64,000 nucleotides of DNA from Candidatus Marinacidobacterium sp. (GCA_965204755.1 OZ242011.1:512001-576000), one strand, 5' to 3'. Shown: positions 27,006 to 31,146, counted from the first letter of the stretch. Numbers and translations: made by a program. The notes: generated by a model not told the origin, from the letters alone.

Positions 27006-27206
27006 CAGTTGCCCCGCCCCCGCGGGCGCGGCGCCGGGGCCGCCGAGAGAGAGGGCGAGGGCGAACAGCAGCGAACCGCCGACAGCCAAACCCCGGAGAC
27101 CGCGGAGTCCGGGGAAACCCCGGAAGCCGGGGATACCCCGGAAGCCGGGGATACCGGGGAAACCCCGGAAGCCGCGGCCCCGGCGGCGCCGGCCCGCCCG
27201 CGGCAT
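1..27206 (-). CDS. Giant repetitive surface adhesin-like protein with about 70 tandem Ig-like beta-sandwich repeats; 3' end lies outside the window; start is ATG 27206 or, after tract slippage, ATG 27526
   Basis: Manual minus-strand translation gives a repeat such as APTVAGVTVSGSAQGASGVFIAGDDLVVTVEFDEAVVVTGAPQVEITVGSSARQAAYASGSGTTALEFRYTVVTADTDANGVSVGASALALNGGTIEDRAGNDAALALGTHVISNGDAVVTGSGTD. The long plus-strand shadow ORFs (609, 6573, 8118, 13965, 16263) share one register, so there is no frameshift. No minus ORF is listed in that frame, consistent with no stop before base 1. The N-terminus from 27206, MPRAGRRRRGRGFRG...GLAVGGSLLFALALSLGGPGAAPAGAGQ, looks like a signal peptide. Confidence 0.93.
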   Translation of the reverse strand, partial: MPRAGRRRRGRGFRGFPGIPGFRGIPGFRGFPGLRGLRGLAVGGSLLFALALSLGGPGAAPAGAGQLIAPTVNQVRLTGTGSGAGGVFVAGDSIGVEVHFNNTLIAVTGLPRVALGIGTATGYAVYSRVSGGVLYFTYNVRLLDEDSDGVSVGASALELNGGSITANSVNANLSLSGHAITNGDKVVDGDLNQPKVAGLSLSGSAQGASGAFIQGDEIRATVTFSLAVTVTGTPVLELIVGEATDREMSYLSGSGSTSLVFGYTVGGNDEDTNGISVTKLSLNGGSIKQGATDAALGLGTHARTNDANFIVNGNGADAVAPTVTGVTFSGTATAAGGVFRAGDVIAATVAFSETVTVTGTPQLALTIGSATKQANYASGSGTASLVFRYTVASADSDTGGLSVGTSALTLNGGTIRDSANDATLTLTAITDTGPAVNGNAADAVAPTVTGLSLSGTGTGPSGSFTAGDAISVTVTFSEAVTVTGMPQVALTIGSTPKQADYASGSGTASLVFSYTVVTADRDSDGISVAASALALNGGTIRDTANDATLDLGSYTVTDDSDFTVDGRDTVAPTVTGVTLDGFGNRQGGIYIAGDVISVTVEFSEPVTVTGTPRVALTVGSATQQADYASGSGTASLVFRYAVQSGDSDSNGISIAADALALNTGTIADAASNNATLGLGTHLITDNTLFQVDGNAADNVGPTVTGVSLTGSGMGSSGAFIAGDVITVTIEFHEAATVTGTPQVALSIGSATQQADYASGSGTTSLVFRYTVQSADSDADGISIAAGALALNTGTIVDGANNNAALALGTHAVTNDGDFTVTGGGTDATGPVVTGVTLSGTGQGASGVFVAGDEISATVTFNEAATVGGTPQLAITVGENDRQADYASGSGTTALVFRYAVVSGDTDANGVSVGASALTLNGGSIADAANNTATLALGTHALGDDSAFTVNGSAADIVAPRVTGFSLGGTGTAASGVFRAGDPITATVTFHEAVTVTGTPQVELTVGSAARQAAYASGSGTAALVFRYAVASGDTDANGISVAASALTLNGGTIRDSANDAALDLGTHAVTDDSDFTVNGSAAASAAAPTVASLNFSSGASGPGGVLTSGDELRVLLTFNRTPYAVTGTPRLALTIGTETRYATYSSHGGFVWFTYTVQVADEDANGLSIGASALELNGGTITAGGLGVNLDLTGYTVTDGDHVVDGDAGAPWVFGMEVPATGRGAGGAFIAGDAIEVRLTFTQPATVTGTPRVAMTVGTTPRYASYVSGSGTTVLVFRYTVVAADTDNDGISIAGNALGLNNGTIGDTDGAATLNLIRYAFTNDGNLKVDGAGTDTTGPRVSGVSLSGIGNRAGGIFIAGDVITATVEFNEPATVTGAPRLALTIGAATRQAGYVSGSGTTSLVFRYTVAAGDTDPNGLSVAADALTLNGGMIRDAANNNAALDLGTRAVTDAADFRVDGNAADNRGPAVTGVSLSGTGMGASGVFIAGDILAVTVEFHEAATVVGTPQVALTVGANTRQAAYASGSGTKSLVFRYTVVSGDTDANGVSVAASALTLNSGTIRDAANNPAALDLGTHALGDDSDFTVAGGGADATGPVVTGVSLSGTGQGAGGVFVAGDEIEATVTFNEAATVNGTPQLALTIGTTDKQADYASGSGTTSLVFRYTVVAADTDANGVSVGATALTLNGGTIRDSANNNATLGLGTHALGDDADFEVNGSAADATAPTVTGVTVSGTGRGSGGVFIADDVLEVTVAFSEPVTVTGTPQVALTIGATDRQADYASGSGTASLVFRYTVVAADVDANGISIGASALTLNSGEIEDAANNDATLGLAAHVITDGDQAVNGAASEAVRPTVTGLTLGGVPNGGAVIFIAGDLIVATVTFSEPVTVVGTPQLALGIQSGTRQADYVSGSGTASLRFTYTVQSSDSEPFGYDVGASALTLNGGTIRDAANNNAILDLGSHAVSQSDWRVSGGNSDIVGPKVIGLSLSGSGMGAEGVFIGGDAIEAAVEFHETVTVVGAPQLAFMVGTATRQAAYVSGSGTASLRFRYTVVATDADTDGIDIGASALTLNGGTIRDGSNRNASLGLGSHAVSSAADFKVDGGGVDSSGPAVTGVTVGGEAHGANGVFIAGDTIEVTVEFSEPAIVTGTPRLALTIGAATRQADYASGSGTTSLVFRYTVAAADTDANGLSIGATALALNGGTIEDAADNDAALGLGSHAVTDGDAVVDGSASDTVAPTVAGVTLSGTGQGASGAFIAGDVIAVTVDFSESVTVTGAPQVALTVGANPRQAAYASGSGTISLVFRYTVASGDTDANGVAVGASALTLNNGTIKDGANNDAALGLGTHALADDANFRVTGGGTDAVGPRVTGLALSGTGIGANGVFIAGDAISVTVSFDEPVTVAGTPQVALTIGGATKQADYASGSGTASPTFRYLVADGDTDPDGIGVGASALALNGGSIADAAGNNAALALGTHAIARDAAFIVDGPAADAVAPTVTGVTLSGAGSGASGAFIAGDALTVTVAFSETVRITGMPQVALTVGAGTKQAAYAFGHGAASLSFRYLVVTADHDANGVAVGASALALNGGTIADAAGNNAALALGTHAIADDSDFTVDGDGTEVIAPTVAGLTLSGTPRGANGVFIAGDAIEATVAFSETVTVVGTPQVALTIGTTPRQAAYASGSGSASLVFRYTPVSTDADPDGISVGASALALNGGTIRDAAGNNAALGLGTHAVTDDADFTVSGNAAADTAGPTVQAVTLSGRGNKADGAFIAGDRIEVRVEFNETVLVTGTPQVALTIGAATRQAAYVSRGANSTVFRYTVAAADEDTDGVSVGASALTLNGGTIADRAGNAAALGLGTRAVTNDNLFRVDGDASDGRAPRVTGLRLSGTGTGASGAFIAGDRLGVVVEYDEPVTVTGTPIARLTIGIASRDAGYASGSGTTTPVFEYAVVSTDADANGVTVDTAGLALAGGTIADAAGNAATLTFGTHTVTDDADFVVTGSGTDTGGPTVTGVTLSGTGNGADGVFIAGDDLTVTVAFREPVTVTGTPRAALAVGTRTRYANYVSGSGTTSLSFRYRVAWADADADGISVGASALGLNGGTMKDAADNDAALGLGAHAVTNDADFAVNGRGADAAGPQVVGVSLAPVPPAPQGANGVYVDRDRIRITVEFNEEAVVTGRPRLNVGVGTSTAWAVYNSGSGTRALVFHFNVGYYRSEDANGISVTATGHDLVGATIADRAGNAGTLDLGRHAVTDDSRFVLDGDAGDAFPPDIVGITWGGRANGARGAFIAGDVIEFVVRTSQPIFVDRLERDPQLVLDLGGVRYADYASGDETTALRFRYEVQTADATTSLSLGSPKFALHGGRLVDRGVNNLRDPGGYTPVGPKVVDGDGADARAAAVTGLTLASDGPGNGAAGALIAGDRIRATVTFSEAVAVTGSPRLALTVGTATRYAAWVSATGRRRTHQFVYTVASGDDDANGVSVGTGALSLNGGTIRDRGNHAAALGLGVHAITDGEIVVDGDGTDARAPTVVGVTVSGIGEASEEGGTFTQGDVIVVEVEFDEPVTVTGTPQVALTLQNGTRQAAYSSGSGTTTLEFRYTVGSSDLDQNGIGIGPSALTLNGGTIEDDAENDAALGLGTHVRSQYRGFLISFGARSDRRPPAVTGLTLSGDAQGPGGVFIPDDEIVATLEFHEAATVTGTPQLALVIGATTRQANYSSGSGTTSLVFRYTVVASDSDVNGIGVGASALSLNGGTIADAGNRRHTSVTLENALADHAVTDDPDIIVDGSLTDTSNPRVTGVTLSGRGSGGNGIFRAGDAVTVTIEFNERVTVTGTPQVALTVGANTRQADYASGSGTTSLAFRYPVVSADRDANGIAVGASALTLNGGTMADGAGNAAALALGTHAVADAADFVVNGAAPAAPVVNDVQLTGRGAAQGAGPSFIAGDVIRVEVGFDSAIHVLGAPQLALTIGADTRQAAYDSSASGVAYLIFSYTVQSADADSNGVSIGASALNLNGGSIQGSARQAADLRIPAEHTITDHRDYVVNGSGSDVVGPHMTRAIVRNFGEGANLSFIAGEVVVFEATFNESVTVVGTPQLRTNLANMDYHSGSGTTTLVFRYTVQATDSAANLTIYTPAFSYPTGASIRDAGGNDASTASPRTTRGRGVNGGGTDVRSPGITGVSWSGRGQGAGGAFIAGDDIEVTVEYHEPVTVSGTPQFQIAVDATIRRAGYVSGSGTTSLVFRYAVVSGDADADGIYPYGLILNGATMADTAGNAAEILLLSHANVRGPVVNGAAADALGPAVAGVTLSGTGHGASGVFVAGNEIEATVEFDEAATVTGTPQLELTIGANARRADYVSGSGTTALVFRYAVVSADADANGVSVGATALTLNGGTIEDAAENDALLGLGTHALGDQGGFIVNGSASDVLAPTVTGYSLSGTGQGASGVFIAGNEIAVTVEFSEPVTVIGTPQVTIGIGANNRPAAYASGSGTASLVFRYAVVTGDADADGVSVAASALMLAGGQIRDAAGNAAALSLGTAVTNDSDFIVTGSGTDVTVPTVAGVTLSGTGQGANGVFRAGDVIRIRVRFSEPVTVTGTPLLSLTLASGGAAAGYSAADSSGADLVFRYTARAADRDDDGISVGASALGLNGGGIADAAGNAAALGLGAHAVTDAAGFAVNGSAADALPPTVTGVSLSGIANGAGGVFRVGDVIRIRVRFSEPVTVTGTPLLVLAVGSGSGSAGYSAADSSGADLVFRYTVRVADLDNDGIGIGASALDLNNGTIVDGGNNAASPGLGAHAVANAAGFAVNGGASDGVGPTVTGVRLSGSGMGANGVFTAGDRISVTVDFHEAATVTGTPQVALTVGTTARQAGYVSGSGTASLVFRYTVVWADTDADGVAVGASALALNGGTIVDAAMNAASLGLGDHALADAAGFIVNGSAADTGVPTVTGVAVSGEARGPNGVFIADDVLEVTVDFNEPVRVTGTPRVALTIGGSTRQADYASGSGTASLVFRYAVVSADTDSNGLSIGATALALNDGTIRDEAGNAASLGLGSHAITDGEAVVNGSAADTVAPTVVGVSASGIGQGASGAFIAADVIRIRVRFSESVTVTSVPGGPALAITLASGSTFASYSASESSGADLVFRYEVQSAQADSNGISVGASALGLHGAAIADRAGNAAALGLGAHAFSNDGDFVVAGSGPDAVGPTVTGLSLSGTPQGARGIFTAGDRISVTLEFHEAATVTGTPQVALAVGSAIRQAGYVSGSGTTSLVFRYAVAAADADADGIGIGASALSLNGGTIRDASSNDAPLGLGPHALAAAPGFRVNGAAADAVGPTVTGLSVGGEARGQGGVFIAGDTIEVTVAFNEAVTVTGAPRVALVVGTTTRYAAYASGSGTASPVFRYPVVAADADADGVSVGPSALSLNGGTIRDAAANDASLGLGVHAITDGEAVVDGTAADAIPPTVTGLALAGPPPGPQGASGVYIAGDVIEATVTFSESVTVTGAPQLALTVGANIRQAAYASGSGTTSLAFRYTVVAADTDANGVSVAAGALTLNSGTIADTNGNAAMLGLGTHVLGNQSGFTVNGAATDGVGPSVTGVSLSGTGQGAGGVFIAGDEITVTVEFGEAATVTGEPQVALTIGADTRQAGYVSGSGTTSLVFRYTVVSGDTDGNGISVGAGALTLNSGTIEDAANNNAALDLGTHAITDASGFRVAGGGSDVVAPRVAGVRLVAGSPQGTAGAYIAGDEITAAVEFSEPVTVTGTPRLALTVGPNLRQAGYVSGSETTTLLFRYAVVTGDADPNGVAVGASALTLTGGAAIRDAAGNAAALGLGSHAVSDDGAFTVAGSASDTASPTVTGLAIAEVAQGVFAGTPTFIAGDEIIVTVAFSEPVTVTTTGGTPQVALTIGTMTRQAGYVSGSGGTSLEFRYTVVAADPNGSLVIGASALALNGGTIADGAGNNAALGLGTHAVASGSWFVQPARADAVVPTVTGLTLSAPAPGAQGADGAFIAGDAIEVTVAFSEPVTVAGAPRVALTIGTATKHAEYVSGSGTASLLFRYTVVSGDADPNGLSIGPSALGLNSGTIRDAGNNNAALSLGSHVVSDAAGFAVAGSGSDVTGPRVSGVTVSGEARGAMGTFIAGDTIVVTLEFDDAATVGGTPRVALTIGSAVRYADYASGSGTTSLVFRYTVVAADSDSDGLSVGPSALSLNGGTIRDARGNDAALGLGDHAVTDGDAVVDGSATDAIAPTVTGAALSGSAQGAGGVFIAGDEITVTVDFSETVTVTGMPQVELTIGANARQAGYVSGSGTTSLVFRYTVAAADTDANGIAVAASALGLNNGTIRDAASNDAALGLGTHALADDSAFTVNGSAADGRAPAVTGKALSGSAQGAGGVFIAGDEIKVTVDFDEEVTVTGMPQVTLYIGANNRLADYVSGSGTTSLVFRYAVVSADADADGISIGASALGLNGGAITDGTNNAALSLGTAVVNAAGFAVNGSAPDRVAPRVAGASLSGSGQGANGVFIAGDAITLTVEFDEEVTVSGTPRAALTIGNAVRYAGYVSGSGTTSLSFRYAVAAGDRDSNGISVGASALDLNGGGIADAATNAAALGLGDHVITDAAAFEVNGSAADAVAPTVVGVTLSGSAQGASGVFIAGDAISVTVDFSEPVRVTGTPQVALTVGTGPKQAGYVSGSGTASLVFRYTVVAADADSNGIAVGASALALNGGGIDDDAGNAASLGLGTHAISDAADFTVNGGAADGRSPAVAGVTLSGSAQGAGGTFIVDDVLEVTVEFDEPVTVTGAPQVALTIGTPPTKPAAYVSGSGTASLLFRYTVVAADADANGISVGAAALTLNSGTIKDAANNDAALGLGTHAITDAADFTVDGAAGDGRAPAVAGVSLSGSAQGASGVFIAGDEIEVTVEFDEVVTVTETPRAALRIGSATRYASYVSGSGTASLVFRYAVARGDRDPNGIGVSSLDLNGGTIRDDAANNAALGLGDHAITDDADFEVNGSAADGVAPTVTGVTLSGRAQGAFGVFRAGDEITATVEFSEPVTVVGTPQLEFTVGAAPKQADYASGSGTSSLVFRYTVAAGDTDANGISVGASALTLNGGTIRDAAGNNAARGLGTHAVSDASGFTVNGAAADAIGPFVTGVSLSGVGQGQDGRFIAGDAISVTVSFNEAASVMGTPQVELTIGSTPRQADYASGSGTTELVFRYAVVAGDTDADGVAVAASALGLNGGTIRDAANNAASLGLGTHALGDAADFRVNGGGADVRRPEVAGVTVGGTARGASGLFIAGDVLEATVEFDEEVTVTGTPALRLTVGVNTRRADYASGSGTASLVFRYTVVSGDRDSNGIGVSGSALFLNGGAIRDGSNNPANLGIGDHAFTESGAPVDGSASDAIPPTVTGVTLSGAPQGGSAIFIAGDEIAATVEFSEPVTVVGTPQLALTVGANIRQADYASGSGTTELVFHYTVVSGDTDSNGIAVGASALGLNGGTIRDLVGNAATLDLGTRALGDQSGFTVNGAATDMVAPTVAGVSLSGSGQGASGTFIADDVIEATVTFSEPVTVTGTPQLALTFGAVEKQADYASGSGTASLVFRYTVVTADADANGLSVGASALALNSGMIRDGASNDASLGLGSHAVTDASGFRVNGSGPDVRRPSVTGVTVSGEARGENGVFIADDVLEVTVEFDEAVTVTGTPRVWLDVGPSLRRADYASGSGTASLVFRYTVVRADRDSNGIGVGSSALATGGGAIRDGSNNPANLGLGDHAITDGDAVVDGSAADAIPPTVTGVTLSGAPQGGASLFIADDEIEVTVEFSEPVTVTGTPQVEITVGANARQAGYVSGSGTASLLFRYTVVTADTDSNGVSVGASALALNGGTVEDAAGNTATLDLGAHALGDRSGFTVNGAASDMVAPTVTGVSLAGTGQGENGTFIADDVIEVTVGFSEPVTVTGTPQLALTFGAVDKQADYASGSGAASLVFRYTVVTADADANGLSVGASALTLNSGMIRDAANNDAALGLGSHAVTDASDFRVAGSGADVRGPRVSGVSLSGSAQGANGVFIAGDEIAVTVEFDEVVTVTGTPRVWLTVGSRTRAAAYASGAGTAALVFRYTVVAADSDGNGISVRTSALDRAGGRIRDASSNDAALDLGDHAITDDANFEVDGAAADAVRPTVTGLALSGSRPQGANGIFIAGDRIEVTVEFSEPVTVTGSPQVALTLGSGAGQAVYSSGGGNTLVFRYTVQSGDTDANGLSIGTTALAANGGTIRDAAGNDAALGLGTHAVSNDGDFRVNGSAADAVAPRVTGLLLSGTAQGANGTFIADDVLTVTVYFDEAITVTGTPQVEITIGNQARQADFVSGNRRTSLTFRYTVASGDADANGISVAAGALALNGGTMTDGANNNAALGLGMHAVTDDAAFEVDGSGADVVAPTVAGVTVAPRQPPSGQSGTLIAGDEVSVTITFSEPVEVTGSPRVALTLATGTRYADWVSAAGRRTEHEFRYAVVTGDDDSNGLSIGTNALRTNGGTIRDRGNNNARLSLSGHEISDGEVVVDGDGADVRAPTVAGVTVSGSAQGASGVFIAGDDLVVTVEFDEAVVVTGAPQVEITVGSSARQAAYASGSGTTALEFRYTVVTADTDANGVSVGASALALNGGTIEDRAGNDAALALGTHVISNGDAVVTGSGTDVRVPRVVRAALAASGNGDGGAFIEGDPIRVDLHFDEPVTVTTTGGTPRLALTVGVRTRYAERIAVAGAGGEVVSFRYLVQAVDDAPAGVRVGASALGLNGGTIADGASNAAVLGLGAVDFSEVERYAVDGDGEDARAPFVTGMSVSGRRRGGPDTFIAGDVIEVEVRFHKPVRVSGRPQVALGLTSGTRQAAWAAAGSDASRQLFRYTVVTADEDADGLGIAANALQLNGGTIRDNRNQAANLDLTGYEIANESASKVDGDGTDPAPTADTFTFSGTGEGASGAFIAGNVISVAAEFSEPVTVTGAASLSFFVGTTSRSAAYRAGSGTDTLSFAYVVQSADADTDGLALGVSPLGGTIEDDRGNAPDQSGS
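27089..27175 (-). repeat. 9-bp in-frame microsatellite encoding GFR-GFP-GIP-GFR-GIP-GFR-GFP-GLR-GLR in the signal peptide n-region
   Basis: Plus strand ccccggaag/ccggggata/ccggggaaa units repeated about 9 times. Confidence 0.8.
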
Positions 27207-27241
27207 CAGCCCCGGCGCGGCCCCGCCGCCCCGCCGCGAAT

Positions 27242-27280
<39 letters not shown>

Positions 27281-27457
27281 CCTTCGTCTCATCGCTGCGA
27301 AGCGGGGTCGCGCGGCGGGCGGTTAGCCGGCGGGCGGTCGTCCGGCGGTTGCGGGCGGCGGTCTCCGCCGGCCGCGCCGCTTCCTCCGAGCCTCCCGGCG
27401 AGCGGCGCCCGCGGCGCCCGCCCCCCGGAGGGAAACCCCGGCTACGCCGGGAATTCC

Positions 27458-27480
27458 GGGGGGGGGGGGGGGGGGGGGGG
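27458..27480. repeat. Homopolymer G23 (poly-C on the coding strand)
   Basis: Direct count. Its flanks (gaattcc...tagccgtcgtctcatcgc) are homologous to those of the G32 tract (gaattacc...cagccttcgtctcatcgc). Confidence 0.95.
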
Positions 27481-27671
27481 TAGCCGTCGTCTCATCGCGG
27501 AGCGGGGCCGCGCGGCGCGAGGTCATTGCTGGTGGCTTCCGGGAGCGGTGCTCCGGTCGCCGCCGCCGGGCCGCTCCGGCGAGCGGCTTCGGGGCGGCGA
27601 CAGCCGGGCTGCGAGGATACCGGAATCGGCGACCGGATCGCATCCGCGATTCCGGACGGCGGTCGGAGGCG

Positions 27672-27752
27672 GCGGCGCGGCGGCCGGCGGCGTTCCCGGC
27701 GCCGCGGTCGGAGGAGTTTCCGGCGCGGTGGTCCGGGGAGTTTCCGGCGCGG
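27672..27752. repeat. Degenerate 24-bp tandem repeat (about 3.5 copies) between array A and the adhesin
   Basis: Minus strand GCCGCGCCGGAAACTCCCCGGACC / ACCGCGCCGGAAACTCCTCCGACC / GCGGCGCCGGGAACGCCGCCGGCC. Confidence 0.7.
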
Positions 27753-27764
27753 CAGCGCCGGGGG

Positions 27765-29429
27765 CTACATCCCCCAAACGAGGATGGGGAGACTCTCCGG
27801 CGAGCCGCCGGCGGGGGCGTCGGCGCCGTCTCCGGGCGCGGCTTCCGCGGCCTCCGCTGCTTCCCAGCCGAGTTCCGAGCCCGGGGCGGATACCCGCCGC
27901 GCGGCGAGTGAGCGCCGGAAGATCTTCTCCTCCCAGGTCTTCCCCTCGTCCTGGTCCATCACCACCAGGTGCCCCTCCTCCGCGCCGCACCGATCCAGGT
28001 ACGCCGCCGTCTGCGCCACCCCCTCCCGGACTACCGTTTGGAGGCCGTCCCGTTCCCGCCGAACCTTGCATTCCACGACGAAGCGCTGCGTCCCGCCGTC
28101 GTCCCGCCGCCATTCGATCAACAAGTCGGTGCGCCCCCGCCCGAGCCCGTACTCCCGGACGATCCGCCCCCCGGCGTTCACCACCCGCTGCAGGAACGCC
28201 TGCAGCAACACCTGCACCGCCGCCTCCCGAACGGTGAAACCCTGCGACCACGCCTCCGAGTGCTCCCGGAAGAACTGCTGGAACGCCGTGAGCAGGTGCG
28301 CGACATCCAGACTCCCGTCCGCCCGCCGGAAACTCGCGGTATCGCCCCTCATTTTCATTTCCGCCCGCGCGGACAGGAAGCGGGGAATCACCTCCCGATA
28401 GATCGGATTCGCGATCTCCAGCGGATCGTCCGCCTTGGTCAACCCCAAGTCCGCCACATAGGAGAGGTCGTCGTCTTCCTCGTCCTCAAGGAACTCCACG
28501 CGGCCGGCGAGGATCGGCTCGATCACCCGCCGAACCCGCTCTTCGTTCAACTTGTCCCCGATCTGCCGGAAGTGGGTCGGGCGCGCCAAGATCAGCCGAT
28601 CCCGCGCCGCCTCCACCGCCTCGGGGCCGATCTCCCGGGTTCGGTCGCGGCCGGCCTCGTCCTCGAAACAGGTCTCGTCGCCCAACGCGTTCACCAGCCA
28701 AGGTTGGCCGGCGGTCGCGTTCCAGATCTCCTCCACCGCTTCCGGAGCGAAACGCTGACCCGTCTCCTCGGTGTGTTGACCCAGCAGTTCCTCCACTTCC
28801 GCCCGCGAGAAGTCTCCCAGTCGCAGGGAGTGCTTCACGATGTTGAACGGGCTCCCCGTCTCGAGCGGGTAGTCCTGCACATCGCGGAGTCCGCAGAACA
28901 CGATGCTCCGCGGGAAGCGCTCCGGGCGGTCCCGGTAACCCGAACGCAGTTGGGTCAACAACGCAAGGAGAATCCGTTCCCTCAGTCCGTCCGCCTCGTC
29001 CAGCAGGAGCACCAGGCGCTCGTCGCCGGACTTCTCCGACCAGAACATCAGGGCCTCCCGCAGGCCGCCGGCAGGGCCGATGTCGGCCAAGGCTCGCGGC
29101 CAGATCTCCCGCAGGGATTCGTCGCCGAGCGCCGTCGCGGCGCCGGTGGCGATCGCGCCCAGAATGCCGCGAACGGCGACATCCAGGTCGTCGCCGGCCG
29201 CCCTCGCATCTTCGCAATTCGCATAGACGCACCGCCAGCCGCGGCCGTTCAGGTGCTCCTGGAGCGCGCCCAGCACCGAGGTCTTCCCCGTCTGGCGGGG
29301 GGCATGGAGGACGAAGTAAGCCCGCTTTTCCACCAGCCGGACGATCCGCGCCAAGTCCAACCGGCTCAGCGGCGGGATCGTGTAGTGGACTTCCGGATCC
29401 ACCGGCCCGGCCACATTGAAGTCGCGCAC
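27765..29429 (-). CDS. A1: STAND-like (AAA_35-type) ATPase with C-terminal PD-(D/E)xK nuclease domain
   Basis: Walker A HAPRQTGKTS, Walker B LLLDEAD, GQPW motif, IANPIY, nuclease motif REYGLGRGRTDLLIEW...VVECK, C-terminus VWGM; 554 aa. Confidence 0.9.
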   Translation of the reverse strand: MRDFNVAGPVDPEVHYTIPPLSRLDLARIVRLVEKRAYFVLHAPRQTGKTSVLGALQEHLNGRGWRCVYANCEDARAAGDDLDVAVRGILGAIATGAATALGDESLREIWPRALADIGPAGGLREALMFWSEKSGDERLVLLLDEADGLRERILLALLTQLRSGYRDRPERFPRSIVFCGLRDVQDYPLETGSPFNIVKHSLRLGDFSRAEVEELLGQHTEETGQRFAPEAVEEIWNATAGQPWLVNALGDETCFEDEAGRDRTREIGPEAVEAARDRLILARPTHFRQIGDKLNEERVRRVIEPILAGRVEFLEDEEDDDLSYVADLGLTKADDPLEIANPIYREVIPRFLSARAEMKMRGDTASFRRADGSLDVAHLLTAFQQFFREHSEAWSQGFTVREAAVQVLLQAFLQRVVNAGGRIVREYGLGRGRTDLLIEWRRDDGGTQRFVVECKVRRERDGLQTVVREGVAQTAAYLDRCGAEEGHLVVMDQDEGKTWEEKIFRRSLAARRVSAPGSELGWEAAEAAEAAPGDGADAPAGGSPESLPILVWGM

Positions 29430-29435
29430 GGATTC

Positions 29436-29444
29436 AGTATGGCA
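29436..29444 (-). promoter_or_regulatory. Extended -10 element TGcCATACT 6 nt upstream of the A1 GTG (leaderless-type); CATACT also at 31153, 32886, 34600 and 36307
   Basis: CATACT lies 6-7 nt before every array A start, with no Shine-Dalgarno sequence. Confidence 0.7.
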
Positions 29445-29496
29445 GAACCGGGGGACTGCGCGCGAGGAGGCCGGGCGGCGAGAGCGCCCGGAAGGC

Positions 29497-31146
29497 CTAC
29501 ATCCCCCAGACGAGGATCGGGCGGGTCTCGGGAGCGGAGGCGTCGGGGCGGGGTTCGTCTTCGGGCGCGGCTTCCGCTGCTTCCCAGCCGAGTTCCGAGT
29601 CCGGGGCGGATACCCGCCGCGCGGCGAGCGCCCGCCGGAAGATCTTCTCCTCCCAAGTCTTGCCGTCGTCCTGGTCCATCACCACCAGGTGCCCCTCCTC
29701 CGCGCCGCAGCGATCCAGGTACGCCGCCGTCTGCGCCACCCCCTCCCGGATCACCGTCTCCAAACCGTCCCGCTCCCGGCGAACCTTGCATTCCACCACG
29801 AAGCGCTGCGTCCCGCCGTCGTCCCGCCGCCACTCGATCAACAGGTCGGTGCGGCCCCGCCCCAGCCCGTACTCCCGCACGATCCGCCCCCCGGCGTTCA
29901 CCACCCGCTGCAGGAACGCCTGCAGCAACACCTGCACCGCCGCCTCCCGAACGGTGAACCCCTGCGACCACGCCTCCGAGTGCTCCCGGAAGAACTGCTG
30001 GAACGCGGTCAGCAGTTGCGCGACATCCAGACTCCCGTCCGCCCGCCGGAAACTCCTCGCGGCGTCGCGCTTCACTTCCGTCTCGGCGGGGACGGACAGG
30101 AGGCGCGGTATCACTTCCCGATAGATCGGGTTCGCGATCTCGGCTTCCCCGTCCGCCTTGGTCAACCCCAGGTCCCTCACATAGGCGAGGTCTTTCCTCT
30201 TGAGATCGAGCCATCCGCGACCGGCCAGGACCCGCTCGATCACCTGCCGAACCCGCTTCTCGTCCAACTTGTCCCCGATCTGCCGGAAGTGGGTCGGGTG
30301 CGCCAGGATCAGCCGCTCCCGCGCCGCCTCCACCGCCTCCGAGGCGATTTCCCGGGTCCGGTCGAGGCCGGCCTCGTCCCGGAAACAGACCTCGTTCGCC
30401 AAGGCGTTGACCAACCACGGCTGCCCCGCCGTCGACTCCCAGATCCCTTCGATCGCGGCGGCGGCGAAACCCTGCCCGGTCTCCTCGGTGTGCTGGCCCA
30501 GCAGTTCCTCCACCTCCGTCCGCGAGAAGTCTCCGAGACGCAACGACTCCTCCACGATGTTGAACGGGCTCCCCGACTCCAGCGGATAGTCCTGCACATC
30601 GCGGAGTCCGCAGAACACGATGCTCCGGGGGAAGCGCCGCGGACGGCCCCGGAAGCCCGAGCGCAGTTGACTCAGCAACGCGACGAGAATCCGTTCCTCC
30701 AGTCCGTCCGCCTCGTCCAAAAGCAGCACCAGGCGCTCGTCTCCCGCTTTTTCCGACCAGCGCCGGAGCGACTCCCTGAATCCGCCCAAGGCGCCGACCT
30801 CGCTCAGCAGCGGCGGCCAGATCTCGCTCAGGGACTCATCTCCCAGCACCGTCGCCGCGTCGGAGGCGATCGCCAGCAGCACCGCCCGGACCGCCGCGTC
30901 CAAATCGTCGCCGGCCGCCCTCGCATCTTCGCAACTCGCATAGACGCAGCGCCAGCCGCGACCGTTCAGGTGCTCCTGCAGCGCGCCCAGCACCGAAGTC
31001 TTCCCGGTCTGGCGGGGGGCATGGAAGACGAAGTAGGCCCGCTTTTCCACCAACCGGGCGATCCGGGCCAAGTCCAGCCGGCTCAGCGGCGGGATCGTGT
31101 AGTGGACTTCCGGGTCCACCGGCCCGATCACATTGAAGTCGCGCAC
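29497..31146 (-). CDS. A2: ATPase + PD-(D/E)xK nuclease paralog
   Basis: GTG start (VRDFNVIGP) chosen by homology to A1; the track's N-terminal extension is spurious. Same motifs; 549 aa. Confidence 0.9.
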   Translation of the reverse strand: MRDFNVIGPVDPEVHYTIPPLSRLDLARIARLVEKRAYFVFHAPRQTGKTSVLGALQEHLNGRGWRCVYASCEDARAAGDDLDAAVRAVLLAIASDAATVLGDESLSEIWPPLLSEVGALGGFRESLRRWSEKAGDERLVLLLDEADGLEERILVALLSQLRSGFRGRPRRFPRSIVFCGLRDVQDYPLESGSPFNIVEESLRLGDFSRTEVEELLGQHTEETGQGFAAAAIEGIWESTAGQPWLVNALANEVCFRDEAGLDRTREIASEAVEAARERLILAHPTHFRQIGDKLDEKRVRQVIERVLAGRGWLDLKRKDLAYVRDLGLTKADGEAEIANPIYREVIPRLLSVPAETEVKRDAARSFRRADGSLDVAQLLTAFQQFFREHSEAWSQGFTVREAAVQVLLQAFLQRVVNAGGRIVREYGLGRGRTDLLIEWRRDDGGTQRFVVECKVRRERDGLETVIREGVAQTAAYLDRCGAEEGHLVVMDQDDGKTWEEKIFRRALAARRVSAPDSELGWEAAEAAPEDEPRPDASAPETRPILVWGM

